The notes below the pieces were generated by a model. The model was not told where the DNA came from, searched no databases, and worked only from the letters and a program-made list of their open reading frames with translations. The position numbers were made by a program, and so were the translations under genes. From IMG/VR virus record IMGVR_UViG_3300027851_000002, positions 1 to 59,513 of that record: a stretch of 59,513 nt of DNA; one strand, given 5' to 3'. Below, in pieces: positions 31,101 through 38,710 of this stretch. The stretch is from a virus (taxonomy: Duplodnaviria > Caudoviricetes). The first letter of the stretch is position 1. Each line of letters begins with the position of its first letter.

Positions 31101-33883
31101 TGAAACAGGCCAAGGAAACGCTGGCTACGATCAGGGGCGCGGGCACAAACCTCATGGCCGACCTTGGCCGTGTGTCAGCCATGGTTCTGCATCCGCACCA
31201 AATCGCCACCCTGTATAAGGAATTTACGCCGGTATATCGCGCCGTGATCGAGCGATTCAAGCAGCGGGAGGTTTTGATACACCAGCTTTCAAGACCGCTT
31301 GATTTCTATAACAGCCTTAACGATGCGGCGAAGAAGAAGGTTAATGCCGTTCTGGAGATCGGCAGGATCGATGGAAAGAACTATAAGCCTGACGATACCG
31401 GAAAAATCGTTGTCAAAAATGAAGGGTTGAAAAACACCGTCCATTCCAGAGATGGTCAAACCATCACGCTCACACCTGCCGAGGCCGCTGCCTATGCCGG
31501 TGTTCGGATGTCCATGGATATGGCTCTGGATAAATTCACGGAAACCATACTTGAGGAACACGGACTGCTGGAGAAGGGTGTTAAAACCGTTCAGGATGTC
31601 GAAAAGCTTCGCTTGAAGGCGCTCAAGGCCGGAGACTTCAACGAGGCCAAAAGATTCAAGGAAATACTATCCCGCCTGCATGACGTACAAGATGCCAAGA
31701 AGCGCGGCTATATCCCGTTCAAGCGGTGGGGCGAGATCGGTATTTCGGTACGCGACAACAACGATCTGGATGAAAACGGTCGTGGCAAGCTTGTCCACTT
31801 TGAAAGAGTGGAGCTTCCGGCCAAGCCGTTGAGAAAAGCCCGCATCGGGGAAAACAAGCCCGTTCAGGAAGCGCTGGACAGGCTGGGCGACAAGTACAAT
31901 GCCAAGCAGTACGACATAAACACATTTGAGATGTCAAAGTTCGATGAGGTAAATGCAAATCTTGATCTGAGAAGTCTTGACGTTTTGGCCGCGAGCAGTG
32001 ATATGTCCAGCGCAGATTATGACCGCCTGCGTGAAACACTTGAACGTGAGATGCAGAAAAAAGGGTTCAGGGCGCATTTCTTCCGTTCCAATGATGTACC
32101 CGGATACTCGGAAGATTTCGAGCGGGCGATAAACGATTATGTTGTTTCGATTTCGTCTTACATAAGCAGAAGGCTGAACGAGCGAAAAATTGAGGCGCGG
32201 GTATCGGAGGTTTCCAGTGCTGGGAAGTCCGGCCTTTACGAATATGCCAGAGATTATCAGGGGTATGTAAATAACCCAGAGGAAGAACTGGCAACGATAC
32301 GCATGATGGGCTTTTTCTGGTATCTGGCCGGTAACGTATCGTCTGGCATGGTCAACCTGTCACAGCCATTTCTGGTAACGGCTCCATGGCTTAAATCCAT
32401 GTTCAGCCACAGAATGATCGGTAAGGAAATGACGCGGGCGTATGCCGATGTTCTCAAAATGGTTGATGTCAACCTTGCCGACCGTGATTTCTTTAATTTC
32501 GACAAAGCACCGGCTGATGTCAGGCAGGCGCTGAAAGATGCCTATGCCGAGGGTGATTTTATCTCGATGTCCACAAACGATGCCATGGCGATAAGCAATT
32601 CGTCCTCTCAGGCGCTGCGCGGGCTGGAAAAGAATAAACGCAAGGCCGCTGATGCCATTTCTCTGACGTTCTCTATACCGGAGCGTATCAACCGTATCGC
32701 TACTTTCATAGCGGCATACCGCTTGGCCAATCCGGATGTTATGACCCCTGCTATGCAGAAGAAGATTGATGATTTTATTCGCGCCGATGAGCTGGCAAAG
32801 TCCATGATGTCCGGAAAAAATACCCAACGGGAAAAGGCTTTCGCCTTTGCAGAATATGCCGTTGTTTCGACACAGTACCGAGTTGGCAAGCTGAACCGTC
32901 CGAAGATGGCCAGAGGGTTTGGATCTCTGGTATTCCAGTTCTACTCTTTCGTCATGCAGACATTCGAGCTTATGTATAAGCTGAACAAGACGCATGGTTC
33001 CGAGGGCAAGAAAGCTCTGGCGGTTATGATACTGTCTATCGTTGCCGTGGCAGGCCTGAAAGGGCTTCCATTCGAGGATGATATGCAGGATTTGGTAGAG
33101 GCTCTGTATAAGCTCGCCACGGGCACAGAAATGGATGTCGATGCCAAGGCCAGAGAGCTTATCGTTGAATATACCGGCTCCCCCCTGATAGCAGAGATGA
33201 TTATCAAGGGCGTACCGGCAGCAATGATGAATCTCGACCTGTCCGGCAGGCTTGGTTTTGGTAGCATCGCTCCGGACTCCGGCAGTGACTTCCTTGGCAT
33301 CTGGTGGGATATGCTGTACGAGAGACCCGTTCAGGCCGGAAAGTATGTGAGCGAGGGGCAATACCTAAAAGCTGCCGCAGAGGTCTCCCCAGCCTTCCTG
33401 CGCAACCCCTTACAGGCATACATCTGGTCTGAGGACGGTATCCGGACAAGATATGGCAACAAGGTCATAGATGCCGGTGACGTTTCCGAGGCAGACATTG
33501 CGCTCAAATTCCTTGGTTTCACCTCCGCCGATATAAGCCGGGAGCGTGAGCGGATATACGCAACAGATCGGGCTTCAAAAGCGGTCAATGTTCTGAGATC
33601 GAGATATTACAGCAAGCTGGCCAAGGCCTTTGCCGAAAGGAAAATGCTTTCCAGATCTGGCGATACCGATGGTGCGGCACAGGCCGCAGCAAAGATCAAG
33701 TCCATAAAACTGGAAATAAACCGCCACAATCAGGTCGCTCCTCTATATGAGCGTATCGATATAAATGAGGCATCCCTGAAACGTAAGGTGGCGGAAGAAC
33801 TGTCCGGTGCCGAGGCGAAGCGTATCCGGAAACAGGCGCGTCCAAGAGCCAAAGAGCTGAAAGAAATATACGACATTGACTGA
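22175..33883 (+). CDS. Giant polyvalent internal virion protein (3902 aa)
   Basis: InPase-like (~24200-24660), LPD5-like 'IEDFGEKLEGAKKD' (~26800), LPD1 with HEWFH (~27600-28370), 'IEEIQSDWHQ' domain (~28400-29990), HEAIH peptidase (~30200), ART 'YHGT..GIYFT..GYDG' (~30600-31070), PLxRFG-like 'YIPFKRWG' plus helical C-terminus. Confidence 0.9.
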   Translation: MAIRRLGDQEEVVLDQKQAPAVSTNQPASTLRKLAPGEEITLDSERSELTPRATSPIYYPKAEEDPSLLGHLKAGAVDAGRRFYGMQANVLDTLAQKADRAEYAAQKAYYDIFGYPEPDPNAVDTLSVPEGNVVSEGLRQTADEIFRKERNLAGINQAANVVDTVEWDEINPFEQEISDIEPGKVGRFVLEQGARSLPEMAIAFVPVTGLPSITATTAQNILEERQINQGRSATDLPASEDMSTALATGVVSAGLERLGVLGDVASDFGGTAARVSSASQLPTAMLKSGAGEAATEFVQEGTEYVGSTLGTDKEVTGREFVESGMQGSLVGGPTGAAVRGGTEAVGLLGSKSGAEIIDDGQSQQNMGSEQAGPDGAAETVQTEPAAAPEQAQEAMVQENQRIAAQVDAPVGRDDLAEAIANNTPLPEKRTIDLPDVPIAPELQAQGFQVGGQAQQVNEDGEVIEGTVASAEMIDGELEVTVVDPAGNLRTLFAGDGQIAAVPLTPPAAAVALPNQQAVVTDQTLQSKANSIDDLRDGLGSIGSAIGDSFVQGFYDTLSGGPNKSSAFRNERQFKAAQEAFKRGEIRDAQDLRRFLETGSSGFVPAKPAPAKAKPENPYTAMGIDDLKSSMEYIKNQVKGGGGWNKMLTDNNRKIRAELDSRFPGWDTPEKVEAAAQEALPEPTEAQKEAGNYKKGHVSIQGLPVSIEIAKGGKRRGKSGDGTEWETDMPAHYGYIKRTKGADGEQVDVYVGDNPEAENVYVVDQIYSGGAFDEHKAMIGFPSQEAATAAYQAAFSDGSGAGRMGAVTAMPMAEFKNWLKTGNNRKPVAYKMPDFEPAGDALARRVVGSVFDTLNNDQQSDVVRMVIHARDTQKAGSIDMLAMRIVQSLNLASQLKDMGDGARIGNMVTRALNISRKFSNLLSKDRAAKPTESLKKAMDKLFEEVEAADAYIKKNTEKPAQDESPAEPKTVAEEPEPRATAPDTAQQDSRSVDQGQENTQPAQTQQEVVTKPEPEPSPAAEGQDAPLADQSKKESVRQKIELYPYEEGKMSPSVKVMNESISFVNSLTDEQYKFVEEILGMNPRNFIGTHNAEQTLRNLKEIVDEHTKRTKTFVHNGVTIYPTTINGKNYWAVQQPGNAEKGSVMGDTLHEIREDAIEQAERDISRRKNDAERERELQAEKEKEQARKDKNRGKSITERRADAVLDKAHNFNNKSVAGMGNTRREVIQSAIEKGWRFEEEAVTDTAAKKRDQDKIDRAQKSGYILGLSNENIPAVKEALEARARLKDNKYSKPEYVMYVGDTDTSFTISKTEYDYAQSLTSHQADTTPKDQGQDDAVPEGLKKTFEMLDEAISEKSAAGLRTLLGNLENKRTRARFEEKTGIKLPKTKAGTLKAIDDFAGVSQEQRESIDSTRSDDQKKSGTQRELIRLGKRLSVGLIKDADGIERTPKEWVDKAIKDGYDNIIRSVINGKTKYALVNGKGSGYELGKIRIKKLNGLATEIRQYVLAVTGKDVIEAADFNAKIKTVQEEKKPQPKNTSTAEQDEKIEDFGEKLEGAKKDLWKDYKKSFSDELPTDLSEITLAKHFPEPDYAKLIADGAEVRDLAAVKAMRDIIPPKPRKSWKLKSWAGQVSSLREFTDDILNGRTEADTVVKMMRETSSGLAKIADNIDLYTELGYPAFTKAKDWSVGYASYSMYDGKRYDPPKNMWSLSKGRSFGRAFDTREEAVNSLRGTLTAEIEAGPQKRKVTLDLFKDNRTGDFFIGKKIAAGKIIRLKEGFNSSKEAREYMKENENDLVEDLEKRRKTRSERRESNNPRVGQDYRGAEDATPEKFAAEFGFRGVQFGNYVEQGRRAMDLNDAYDALMDMSAIVGIPSRAVSLNGTLGLAFGARGSGGINPAAAHYESDNIVINMTKASGAGSLGHEWFHAMDHYFGSKKGGLYLTENYKYSPELRKEISEAFEGVVSAIDKTGMEKRSKEIDKTRSKDYWSTVREMGARAFEAYLVHKADVKKESNDYLANILGEESWNILYGENQNTSTYPYPTKAEMEKYIAPAFDKLFETIQTEETGDGVAMFSLGNGAAQRLQSSLIKAADGLKQAKATGDQYLAMLRKTAGVKEEEIAWTGLDDFLAGRKGVTKKEVVDYLNDNQVQVNEVVLGQTDDNIYGIRDPNTDEIIETATSRPEAERRRDALEEELDRTLYVEAVSGTDELSGEQVSGETKFSKYTLPGGENYREVLFTLPTENYDNIQEQLGDFEKYPAGSPERAKLRSKQEQVPDSFKSSHFDQPNIIAHVRLNDRTDADGNRVLFIEEIQSDWHQAGRKKGYKNDTTVDTSGWTAEKTYDNGVRIWIIKDANGNKVHSYNFSDQSPEQVIERAAEVKRGRENITAVPDAPFKKSWHEMAFRRVAQMAAQGGYDRVAWTPGQIQNDRYDLSHQVSEINVFNHGDGKKWDISARTKGGNRLKDIATDIPAEKLSDYIGKELAERAVKEKTDRGWKNFSGVDLKVGGEGMKGFYDNILVKYANKFGKKYGSSSSTVFLENRGGISGEEIMRSMGRNPDDWSGFTQPERDDMMRSYRKNGIKVWGLQITDDMRRSADAGFELFSRTGAVVSQERTAEAIKQIEDALNDRMRTYGYSTADVRLFNDARETGIPGVPDDVQGAYYRGIIHISLNAKDPLAVLDHEAIHDLRAAGAFTEAEWRLLEAKAPQWRDKYGIDALDSYGGLGLSETRLNEEAIAHAFQDAEVSGPVRRIANRVLRFLREIKAFLTGNPYQFNSVEEIFDAVRRGEISKRKDTKRSTETDEITSSTEGIKTNTDAFKKWFGDSKVVDKNGKPLVVYHGTGYDLKTIKQVNTKASLNEGIYFTDSPVTASAYAYSDNDIRTLKDNRPILKRMMSGKVAPNVYPVYLSIKNPYIDNGSPTPSQRSLKKQGYDGIIRERGGGETHYVAFEPTQIKSVFNQGTFDPDSEFIMYSLPKSPAPALKQAKETLATIRGAGTNLMADLGRVSAMVLHPHQIATLYKEFTPVYRAVIERFKQREVLIHQLSRPLDFYNSLNDAAKKKVNAVLEIGRIDGKNYKPDDTGKIVVKNEGLKNTVHSRDGQTITLTPAEAAAYAGVRMSMDMALDKFTETILEEHGLLEKGVKTVQDVEKLRLKALKAGDFNEAKRFKEILSRLHDVQDAKKRGYIPFKRWGEIGISVRDNNDLDENGRGKLVHFERVELPAKPLRKARIGENKPVQEALDRLGDKYNAKQYDINTFEMSKFDEVNANLDLRSLDVLAASSDMSSADYDRLRETLEREMQKKGFRAHFFRSNDVPGYSEDFERAINDYVVSISSYISRRLNERKIEARVSEVSSAGKSGLYEYARDYQGYVNNPEEELATIRMMGFFWYLAGNVSSGMVNLSQPFLVTAPWLKSMFSHRMIGKEMTRAYADVLKMVDVNLADRDFFNFDKAPADVRQALKDAYAEGDFISMSTNDAMAISNSSSQALRGLEKNKRKAADAISLTFSIPERINRIATFIAAYRLANPDVMTPAMQKKIDDFIRADELAKSMMSGKNTQREKAFAFAEYAVVSTQYRVGKLNRPKMARGFGSLVFQFYSFVMQTFELMYKLNKTHGSEGKKALAVMILSIVAVAGLKGLPFEDDMQDLVEALYKLATGTEMDVDAKARELIVEYTGSPLIAEMIIKGVPAAMMNLDLSGRLGFGSIAPDSGSDFLGIWWDMLYERPVQAGKYVSEGQYLKAAAEVSPAFLRNPLQAYIWSEDGIRTRYGNKVIDAGDVSEADIALKFLGFTSADISRERERIYATDRASKAVNVLRSRYYSKLAKAFAERKMLSRSGDTDGAAQAAAKIKSIKLEINRHNQVAPLYERIDINEASLKRKVAEELSGAEAKRIRKQARPRAKELKEIYDID

Positions 33884-33903
33884 TAAACGATGGAGGGCAG
33901 GCC

Positions 33904-34068
33904 ATGAAACCAAGTCCAAACAGATGGGTCGTTACAGAGGGCGGGATTGTAGAGGGCTATCCGTTTCGCCAGTTGACAAGGCCAGACCCGCCACCGTCAG
34001 GATATGAAACACCTATACTGAGTCACCCCTGCGGTCAGTACAGGGATGGAGCGTGGATCTCAGGATAA
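33904..34068 (+). CDS. Small hypothetical protein (54 aa)
   Basis: GGAGG RBS and ATG after the giant gene. Confidence 0.35.
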   Translation: MKPSPNRWVVTEGGIVEGYPFRQLTRPDPPPSGYETPILSHPCGQYRDGAWISG

Positions 34069-34200
34069 GTTTCCATCAACCTTTTTCGTGACGTGCCAGC
34101 AGAAGCAGACCGGGCATTTGTAAGTGCGATGGCCATGCTTTCTGGCCTGCTTGTTTGCCTTTTTTTCGGTGTAAAAAGACTTTTTCCGGCCACACATCAT
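34060..34200 (-). CDS. Small zinc-finger protein (46 aa; missing from the ORF track)
   Basis: MMCGRKKSFYTEKKANKQARKHGHRTYKCPVCFCWHVT; YxCxxCxxWH phage motif. Confidence 0.6.
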   Translation of the reverse strand: MMCGRKKSFYTEKKANKQARKHGHRTYKCPVCFCWHVTKKVDGNLS

Positions 34201-34242
34201 CCATTTCTGGAAGGCGTTTTTTGGTTTCAAATCTTGCATAGA

Positions 34243-34440
34243 TCAGAAATACTTTCTGTTTTCTACGTTTATTTCTTTAATTCGTGAAGATGGAAATACC
34301 GTTTCATCCCCATAAACGCTGACTACGATGGCGAACTCTCCTTCGTACCGTATAGAAGTCTGATAACTTCCGCCCGGTCTTGTTTCATCGGGAAATTCTC
34401 GAACTGTACCGTCAGTGAAATGTATTGTTATTCTGGACAT
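34243..34440 (-). CDS. Hypothetical protein
   Basis: Coupled to the upstream gene; AAGGA RBS. Confidence 0.65.
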   Translation of the reverse strand: MSRITIHFTDGTVREFPDETRPGGSYQTSIRYEGEFAIVVSVYGDETVFPSSRIKEINVENRKYF

Positions 34441-35267
34441 GCTTTTTCCTTTTTATCGATGGAAACAATATCCCCTGACGGTTCAAGCGTACAAACTCCG
34501 TCTTTCCTGTGTGTATAGTACCTCTCTCCGCCGTTACCGATCTTGACGAAAAACCTTGCCGTATAGAGGATATTTTCTTCATGGCTGTGGTTTATTCCGT
34601 CATAGACCTTCTCGACTATTTGAAACACTTCCCCTACCGCTCCATCCCGATACGTGATTTTGTCACCGATTGAGATGTCGTTGATGTCGATGTCTGCTTT
34701 TAGATTCGCATGATCGAGGTTGGAAGATAGGGCTTTTTCTGCGATCACTCCGCACCCGTAAACAATGTTTCGATCTGTTTCGTCTGTCCGAAGGGTTGCC
34801 TTTTTTATGTCCTCCAACGCCTTCACCAGCCCATCTACGTTCTTCGGCGCGGTTGCGGCGCGGATTAGGGTTTTCATTGCCTTATCGGCCTTCTCCCAAT
34901 ATTTGTCCGATAGTTCTTCTCTGTTACTTTCTCGGACGATGAACATTTCTTTTACAGACTTTATCGCCTCCCGCACCTCATCATCCGTCTGCGCTTTAGC
35001 CATATCAAACAGCTTCACAATCGCCGGATGCGTGAAGTGTCCAAGCCCTTGCTTTTCGCGGATGTACTTAAAGACGTCAACATCATCGGTGTAATCTTCG
35101 TGCGCGGTATGTTTTGCTTCGATGCGGTCGAGCGCGGCTTCGAGTGTTTTGAATGAGGTATCTGCTAATTTGATTCCGTATTCCGAAAGTGCGCCGCCCT
35201 GCTCTGCATAAAAGATTATTCCCTTCAATGCGTCCAAAGCCTCTCTGATTGTTTTATGGTCGGTCAT
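34428..35267 (-). CDS. Mosaic hypothetical protein C (paralogue of 51920..52357)
   Basis: AAGGAG RBS; shares MTD.KT.REA / LDRIEA / DDEV / RAATAP boxes. Confidence 0.75.
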   Translation of the reverse strand: MTDHKTIREALDALKGIIFYAEQGGALSEYGIKLADTSFKTLEAALDRIEAKHTAHEDYTDDVDVFKYIREKQGLGHFTHPAIVKLFDMAKAQTDDEVREAIKSVKEMFIVRESNREELSDKYWEKADKAMKTLIRAATAPKNVDGLVKALEDIKKATLRTDETDRNIVYGCGVIAEKALSSNLDHANLKADIDINDISIGDKITYRDGAVGEVFQIVEKVYDGINHSHEENILYTARFFVKIGNGGERYYTHRKDGVCTLEPSGDIVSIDKKEKACPE

Positions 35268-35568
35268 TTTTTGTCTCCTTCTCAACGTATCTGCCGCGAA
35301 CCTCATGGTCGCAGTTTTTGCAGCGTTTCCAGTCAGGCCATATATCGTTAGCCGAACTACAAACCTTTTCCATTTCGTGCTGCTCTCCGTTCAGGCAATC
35401 GGCTTTTTCTGGCGAATAATGGAAGATTATTGATGTTGTGAAGACAAAGGTCTTTCCACAGTCTCCACAGTCCATTTCATGACGCTTATCTTCTGCATAT
35501 CCAAAGCCATCGTCATGACAGACCTCTAACTCGGCATCACAGTAAGGGCAGTTTATATCGTGCGACAT
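35254..35568 (-). CDS. Zinc-ribbon protein
   Basis: 'INCPYC...CGDCGK.F...ADCLNG..H'; TGATG coupling. Confidence 0.7.
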   Translation of the reverse strand: MSHDINCPYCDAELEVCHDDGFGYAEDKRHEMDCGDCGKTFVFTTSIIFHYSPEKADCLNGEQHEMEKVCSSANDIWPDWKRCKNCDHEVRGRYVEKETKNDRP

Positions 35569-36608
35569 CACCCCTCCTTCCCGCCGAGCAGGGCGAGGGC
35601 TTCTAAAACGCAATTTTCAAGAACAACACTGTTTTCCATTCTTGCTTTTATTCCGCGCTTTAAAAGTTTAACCACCTTTTCCCTCTGATCTACGTAGTAT
35701 TCAAGACGCTTTCTCCAAATTAATATATCTGCTTCACCGTTAGTTTCGTTATCAACCACATCCCTCAGCACGGCGGGGGATTGAAGGGCGGATTTGAAAG
35801 CCTGACTGTTGAAAATATGGTCTGATACGTTTCCGGCCCACTTTCCTGCCGTGAACGATAGCGTACCGTTACCCCCGCGCCAGTCAAAATCACATGGGAA
35901 GCATCCAGTATCTCCGCACCAATTGCCCCATTCATGGTTCATGGCTTTCAGAACAATGTCTCTGAATTGGCCTTCATCTAAAGCCGCTTGTCTCGGCGCG
36001 TCCGTTGGCTGCGGCTGCGTGGCTACGGTAGCGGCAAGCAGCATCGGCTCTACGGTATTCCAATCGTCAGAATCCAGCAATTCGGCCAGATATTCACCAA
36101 GGCGCTTTAGAGGCTCTGGCGCATTGCCTATCGCGGCCTGAATAAAGTCTTCTGCCGTAACTTCTGGAATTTCCCATGCTTTATTAATCAATGTCTGCAA
36201 AGTATTTATTTGTTGCTCATAGTTATTACCTGTGGAACCGCTTGATTGAACCATGTCATAAAGAACATCTATCCATGAACGTGCATTTTCAACCGCTTCC
36301 CTCACATCATCCGGCAAAACAGGGGATGCGTCCGTTGGCTGCACCAACACAATTTTTTCCTTGATATGGTCTATCTCTTCTTGCGTAATAAGCCCTTCAT
36401 CAATCAGTTCTTGTTTGAACTCTGATAGTGGTTTTGTTGGCTGCACCGTGGCGGCGTTCCATGCGGCTTGCCATGATGTCCATTGCGCGGATGCGTTTTT
36501 ATCAAGATAGTTTCCTGCACCTGTCTTATGCTTCCGGTGCGAGTAATTATCATCTTCCGTGATAAATTTCTCAAACTGTTCGCGGCACTTATCGGGTTGG
36601 GTGGTCAT
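35568..36608 (-). CDS. Mosaic hypothetical protein A (paralogue of 51212..51742)
   Basis: Shares MTT.PD.CRE.FE / WNAATVQPT / QPTDA / ALQSPAV / EALALLGGKE boxes. Confidence 0.8.
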   Translation of the reverse strand: MTTQPDKCREQFEKFITEDDNYSHRKHKTGAGNYLDKNASAQWTSWQAAWNAATVQPTKPLSEFKQELIDEGLITQEEIDHIKEKIVLVQPTDASPVLPDDVREAVENARSWIDVLYDMVQSSGSTGNNYEQQINTLQTLINKAWEIPEVTAEDFIQAAIGNAPEPLKRLGEYLAELLDSDDWNTVEPMLLAATVATQPQPTDAPRQAALDEGQFRDIVLKAMNHEWGNWCGDTGCFPCDFDWRGGNGTLSFTAGKWAGNVSDHIFNSQAFKSALQSPAVLRDVVDNETNGEADILIWRKRLEYYVDQREKVVKLLKRGIKARMENSVVLENCVLEALALLGGKEG

Positions 36609-37042
36609 TTTGTGTTCTCCTTATTTTCTAATTTTCGTTTTCTATATCTTTTGTCAGCATCTAATCTACATACCCTGCATCCCCTATCCCCGTCTGGCCT
36701 GATATATAAATTATTGCCAGATAGTTCGTGTCCATGCCTGCAATGTGTTATCATTTTCTTTGCTCTGGAAATGTTCTCCAAGTTTGTTACGGCTTCTAAA
36801 TGATCTGGATTAACGCAATGCTTCACACGACATATATGGTCTATAGTTAATCCTTCTGGGATTTTCCCAATATAGTGTTCATATGACCATCTATGCGCTT
36901 TCATAGACTTAGAATCTGCTGATACCCAAAACTGACAATATCCGTCTTTATCTTTATATGAATTAGATAGCCAACATCCACATTCTGAAACAGTGTAGCT
37001 TTTTGAAAACCTCTCAAATATGCTTTGCTTTTTCCGTCCCAT
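36605..37042 (-). CDS. HNH endonuclease with C-terminal Zn finger
   Basis: 'AHRWSYE...IDHICR..CVNPDHLEAVT..EN' plus 'THCRHGH...CRVC'; AT-rich. Confidence 0.9.
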   Translation of the reverse strand: MGRKKQSIFERFSKSYTVSECGCWLSNSYKDKDGYCQFWVSADSKSMKAHRWSYEHYIGKIPEGLTIDHICRVKHCVNPDHLEAVTNLENISRAKKMITHCRHGHELSGNNLYIRPDGDRGCRVCRLDADKRYRKRKLENKENTK

Positions 37043-37043
37043 A

Positions 37044-37451
37044 TTAGTCCTTAATAATTTTCAATCCGTTGGGGTATTTTAAAGCGAGATAAGAGCCGAA
37101 ATCGCACTCATAATCGTCGTTGAAACGCCAATTTTTTATATGCTCTGATATATCTGTTGGTGTCACAACCTCCACCGCATCGGCTTTGCTGGCTTCGGGG
37201 GTGCGGGTGTTCCAGTACTCAGTCAGGACTTCACGCGCTCGCTGCAATCCTTTTTCGGCATAGCAATAATGGGGTTCCATGATGAAGGAAAAGCCAGAAT
37301 CGTTGTGCCTTTCTTCATAAGTGAAGTGGTCAGAAGCCTGTATGCTGTATGATATACCGCACTCGGAGCAAATAATCTCTGGCTGCGTCCCGTTCAAATC
37401 TAAATCAGCTTCACCCCCACAAAACGGGCACGGCTTTAATTCTGTTGTCAT
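37044..37451 (-). CDS. Lar-family restriction alleviation-like protein
   Basis: 'LKPCPFCGGEA...C..C...WNTR'. Confidence 0.75.
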   Translation of the reverse strand: MTTELKPCPFCGGEADLDLNGTQPEIICSECGISYSIQASDHFTYEERHNDSGFSFIMEPHYCYAEKGLQRAREVLTEYWNTRTPEASKADAVEVVTPTDISEHIKNWRFNDDYECDFGSYLALKYPNGLKIIKD

Positions 37452-37720
37452 TCCTTGTTCTCCTTAACCTGTTTTGACAGTTCGGCGATCATGGCTTTGA
37501 ATAGCGTGGACGACTTGTGCGCAGGGTCTTGTATCCATGCCTTAGCACCCGCTGACAACATCCCATCACTCGGCTCCCCCATCGCAGCCTTTTGAAAGCG
37601 CAGGGCTTCAAGTATGGTTTTTCTGTTGGCATGAAACCAAAGGTAAATGTTGTCAGAGTTTATACTCCCGACATGCGGCAAACTCTCAATCGCCGCTTCG
37701 ATGCGTTCAAGGTCGGTCAT
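37448..37720 (-). CDS. Hypothetical protein
   Basis: GGAGG RBS; 'EPSDGML.AG' phage motif. Confidence 0.65.
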   Translation of the reverse strand: MTDLERIEAAIESLPHVGSINSDNIYLWFHANRKTILEALRFQKAAMGEPSDGMLSAGAKAWIQDPAHKSSTLFKAMIAELSKQVKENKE

Positions 37721-37721
37721 T

Positions 37722-37982
37722 TCAGTTTCCTCCGTACGGGTAGTGATACCGAAGTCGCTCACCGCCAAGACGTTTTATAAGCCTGTCGTAAGCCTGTTTC
37801 ATAGCCCATCGTTCAGGGCAGCTTGGAATAGGAACACCGTGAAATTTAGGAACGTCTTTCACGCAAACAAATTCCGCCTCGCCTGATTGCAAGTCTTCCC
37901 CTAATAGGGCGCAGCCGCAGTCACCGTCCATAAATAAAGCCACAGAGTATTTCTTTTTTAGGTTTTCGATATTACTTTCCAT
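37722..37982 (-). CDS. Hypothetical protein
   Basis: AAGGAG RBS; 'DGD..CALLGEDLQSGEAEF'. Confidence 0.6.
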   Translation of the reverse strand: MESNIENLKKKYSVALFMDGDCGCALLGEDLQSGEAEFVCVKDVPKFHGVPIPSCPERWAMKQAYDRLIKRLGGERLRYHYPYGGN

Positions 37983-38340
37983 CCATCTTCTCCTTATATG
38001 CTTGGTAGGCGGTGAGCTGCTTTTGAACAATCTCCCTAATCCTGTTTGCTTCTGACGTGCAAATAACGCTGCGCATTTCTGGCGAATAAGCCCTTTCATC
38101 ACGCATTGCCAGAATTCCAATATCTGCTAACGATCCAGACATCCCCTCAACCAACCCCCGCAGTTCTGCGATCTCGGCAAGGGCGGCTTGGTGGATGTGG
38201 TCGGCGTGGTATTTGTAGGGATAGTGACCGTTTTCTTGCGTTTCGTACCAGTCCATAGTCGGACTTCCTTCAACGTCTTTTGATAAACGGGTGTAAATCA
38301 CATCAGGCATCCCGCCGCGCTCGGTTTCTGGGGGTGTCAT
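37972..38340 (-). CDS. Hypothetical protein
   Basis: GGAGG RBS; in operon. Confidence 0.65.
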   Translation of the reverse strand: MTPPETERGGMPDVIYTRLSKDVEGSPTMDWYETQENGHYPYKYHADHIHQAALAEIAELRGLVEGMSGSLADIGILAMRDERAYSPEMRSVICTSEANRIREIVQKQLTAYQAYKEKMDGK

Positions 38341-38351
38341 TTTATTTGCTC

Positions 38352-38552
38352 CTAAATATAATCAACAACAATTTTACCACGGCCTGATAGGCGAACCTGA
38401 TTACCGTTTCTTACCCTTATCAACTCTCGATGTGGGAATTGAGATATAAGAGGCCATACGGTTTTAGAAACATTTCTCCATCCTTCTCCGACATCAGGGG
38501 AGCGAAGAAGAAGCTTTAAGAATGTTATGTCTTTAGGTGATAATTTTCCCAT
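38352..38552 (-). CDS. Small hypothetical protein
   Basis: Real start likely MGKLSPKD, just downstream of the tRNA-like RNA. Confidence 0.55.
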   Translation of the reverse strand: MGKLSPKDITFLKLLLRSPDVGEGWRNVSKTVWPLISQFPHRELIRVRNGNQVRLSGRGKIVVDYI

Positions 38553-38575
38553 TAGTATTTTCCTGTATTGATTGT

Positions 38576-38704
38576 TGGTAGGGTGGGGAGGAGTCGAACC
38601 TCCGGAACTTCCAGCGCTATCCATGGTCGCCGGTCATAATCCGCTTGCCTACCAGACTACATGCTTCCCGTTGCAACAGGTCGCGTTCATCTTGCGGCCA
38701 CCCC
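38576..38704 (-). ncRNA. tRNA-like RNA (129 nt) with expanded core
   Basis: Acceptor GGGGUGG/CCACCCU + A-CCA; T-arm GGAGG-UUCGACU-CCUCC; non-canonical interior. Confidence 0.75.
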
Positions 38705-38710
38705 ATAAGT

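Noticed and set aside
33973-33988. TTGACA(A)GGCCAGAC resembling 5843-5856
   Set aside because: Short, only two copies, inside a possible ORF; could be chance
38576-38704. tmRNA or intron-containing tRNA
   Set aside because: No G3.U70 pair, no tag ORF, too short for tmRNA or a group I intron; no excision I could find restores a canonical D/anticodon arm
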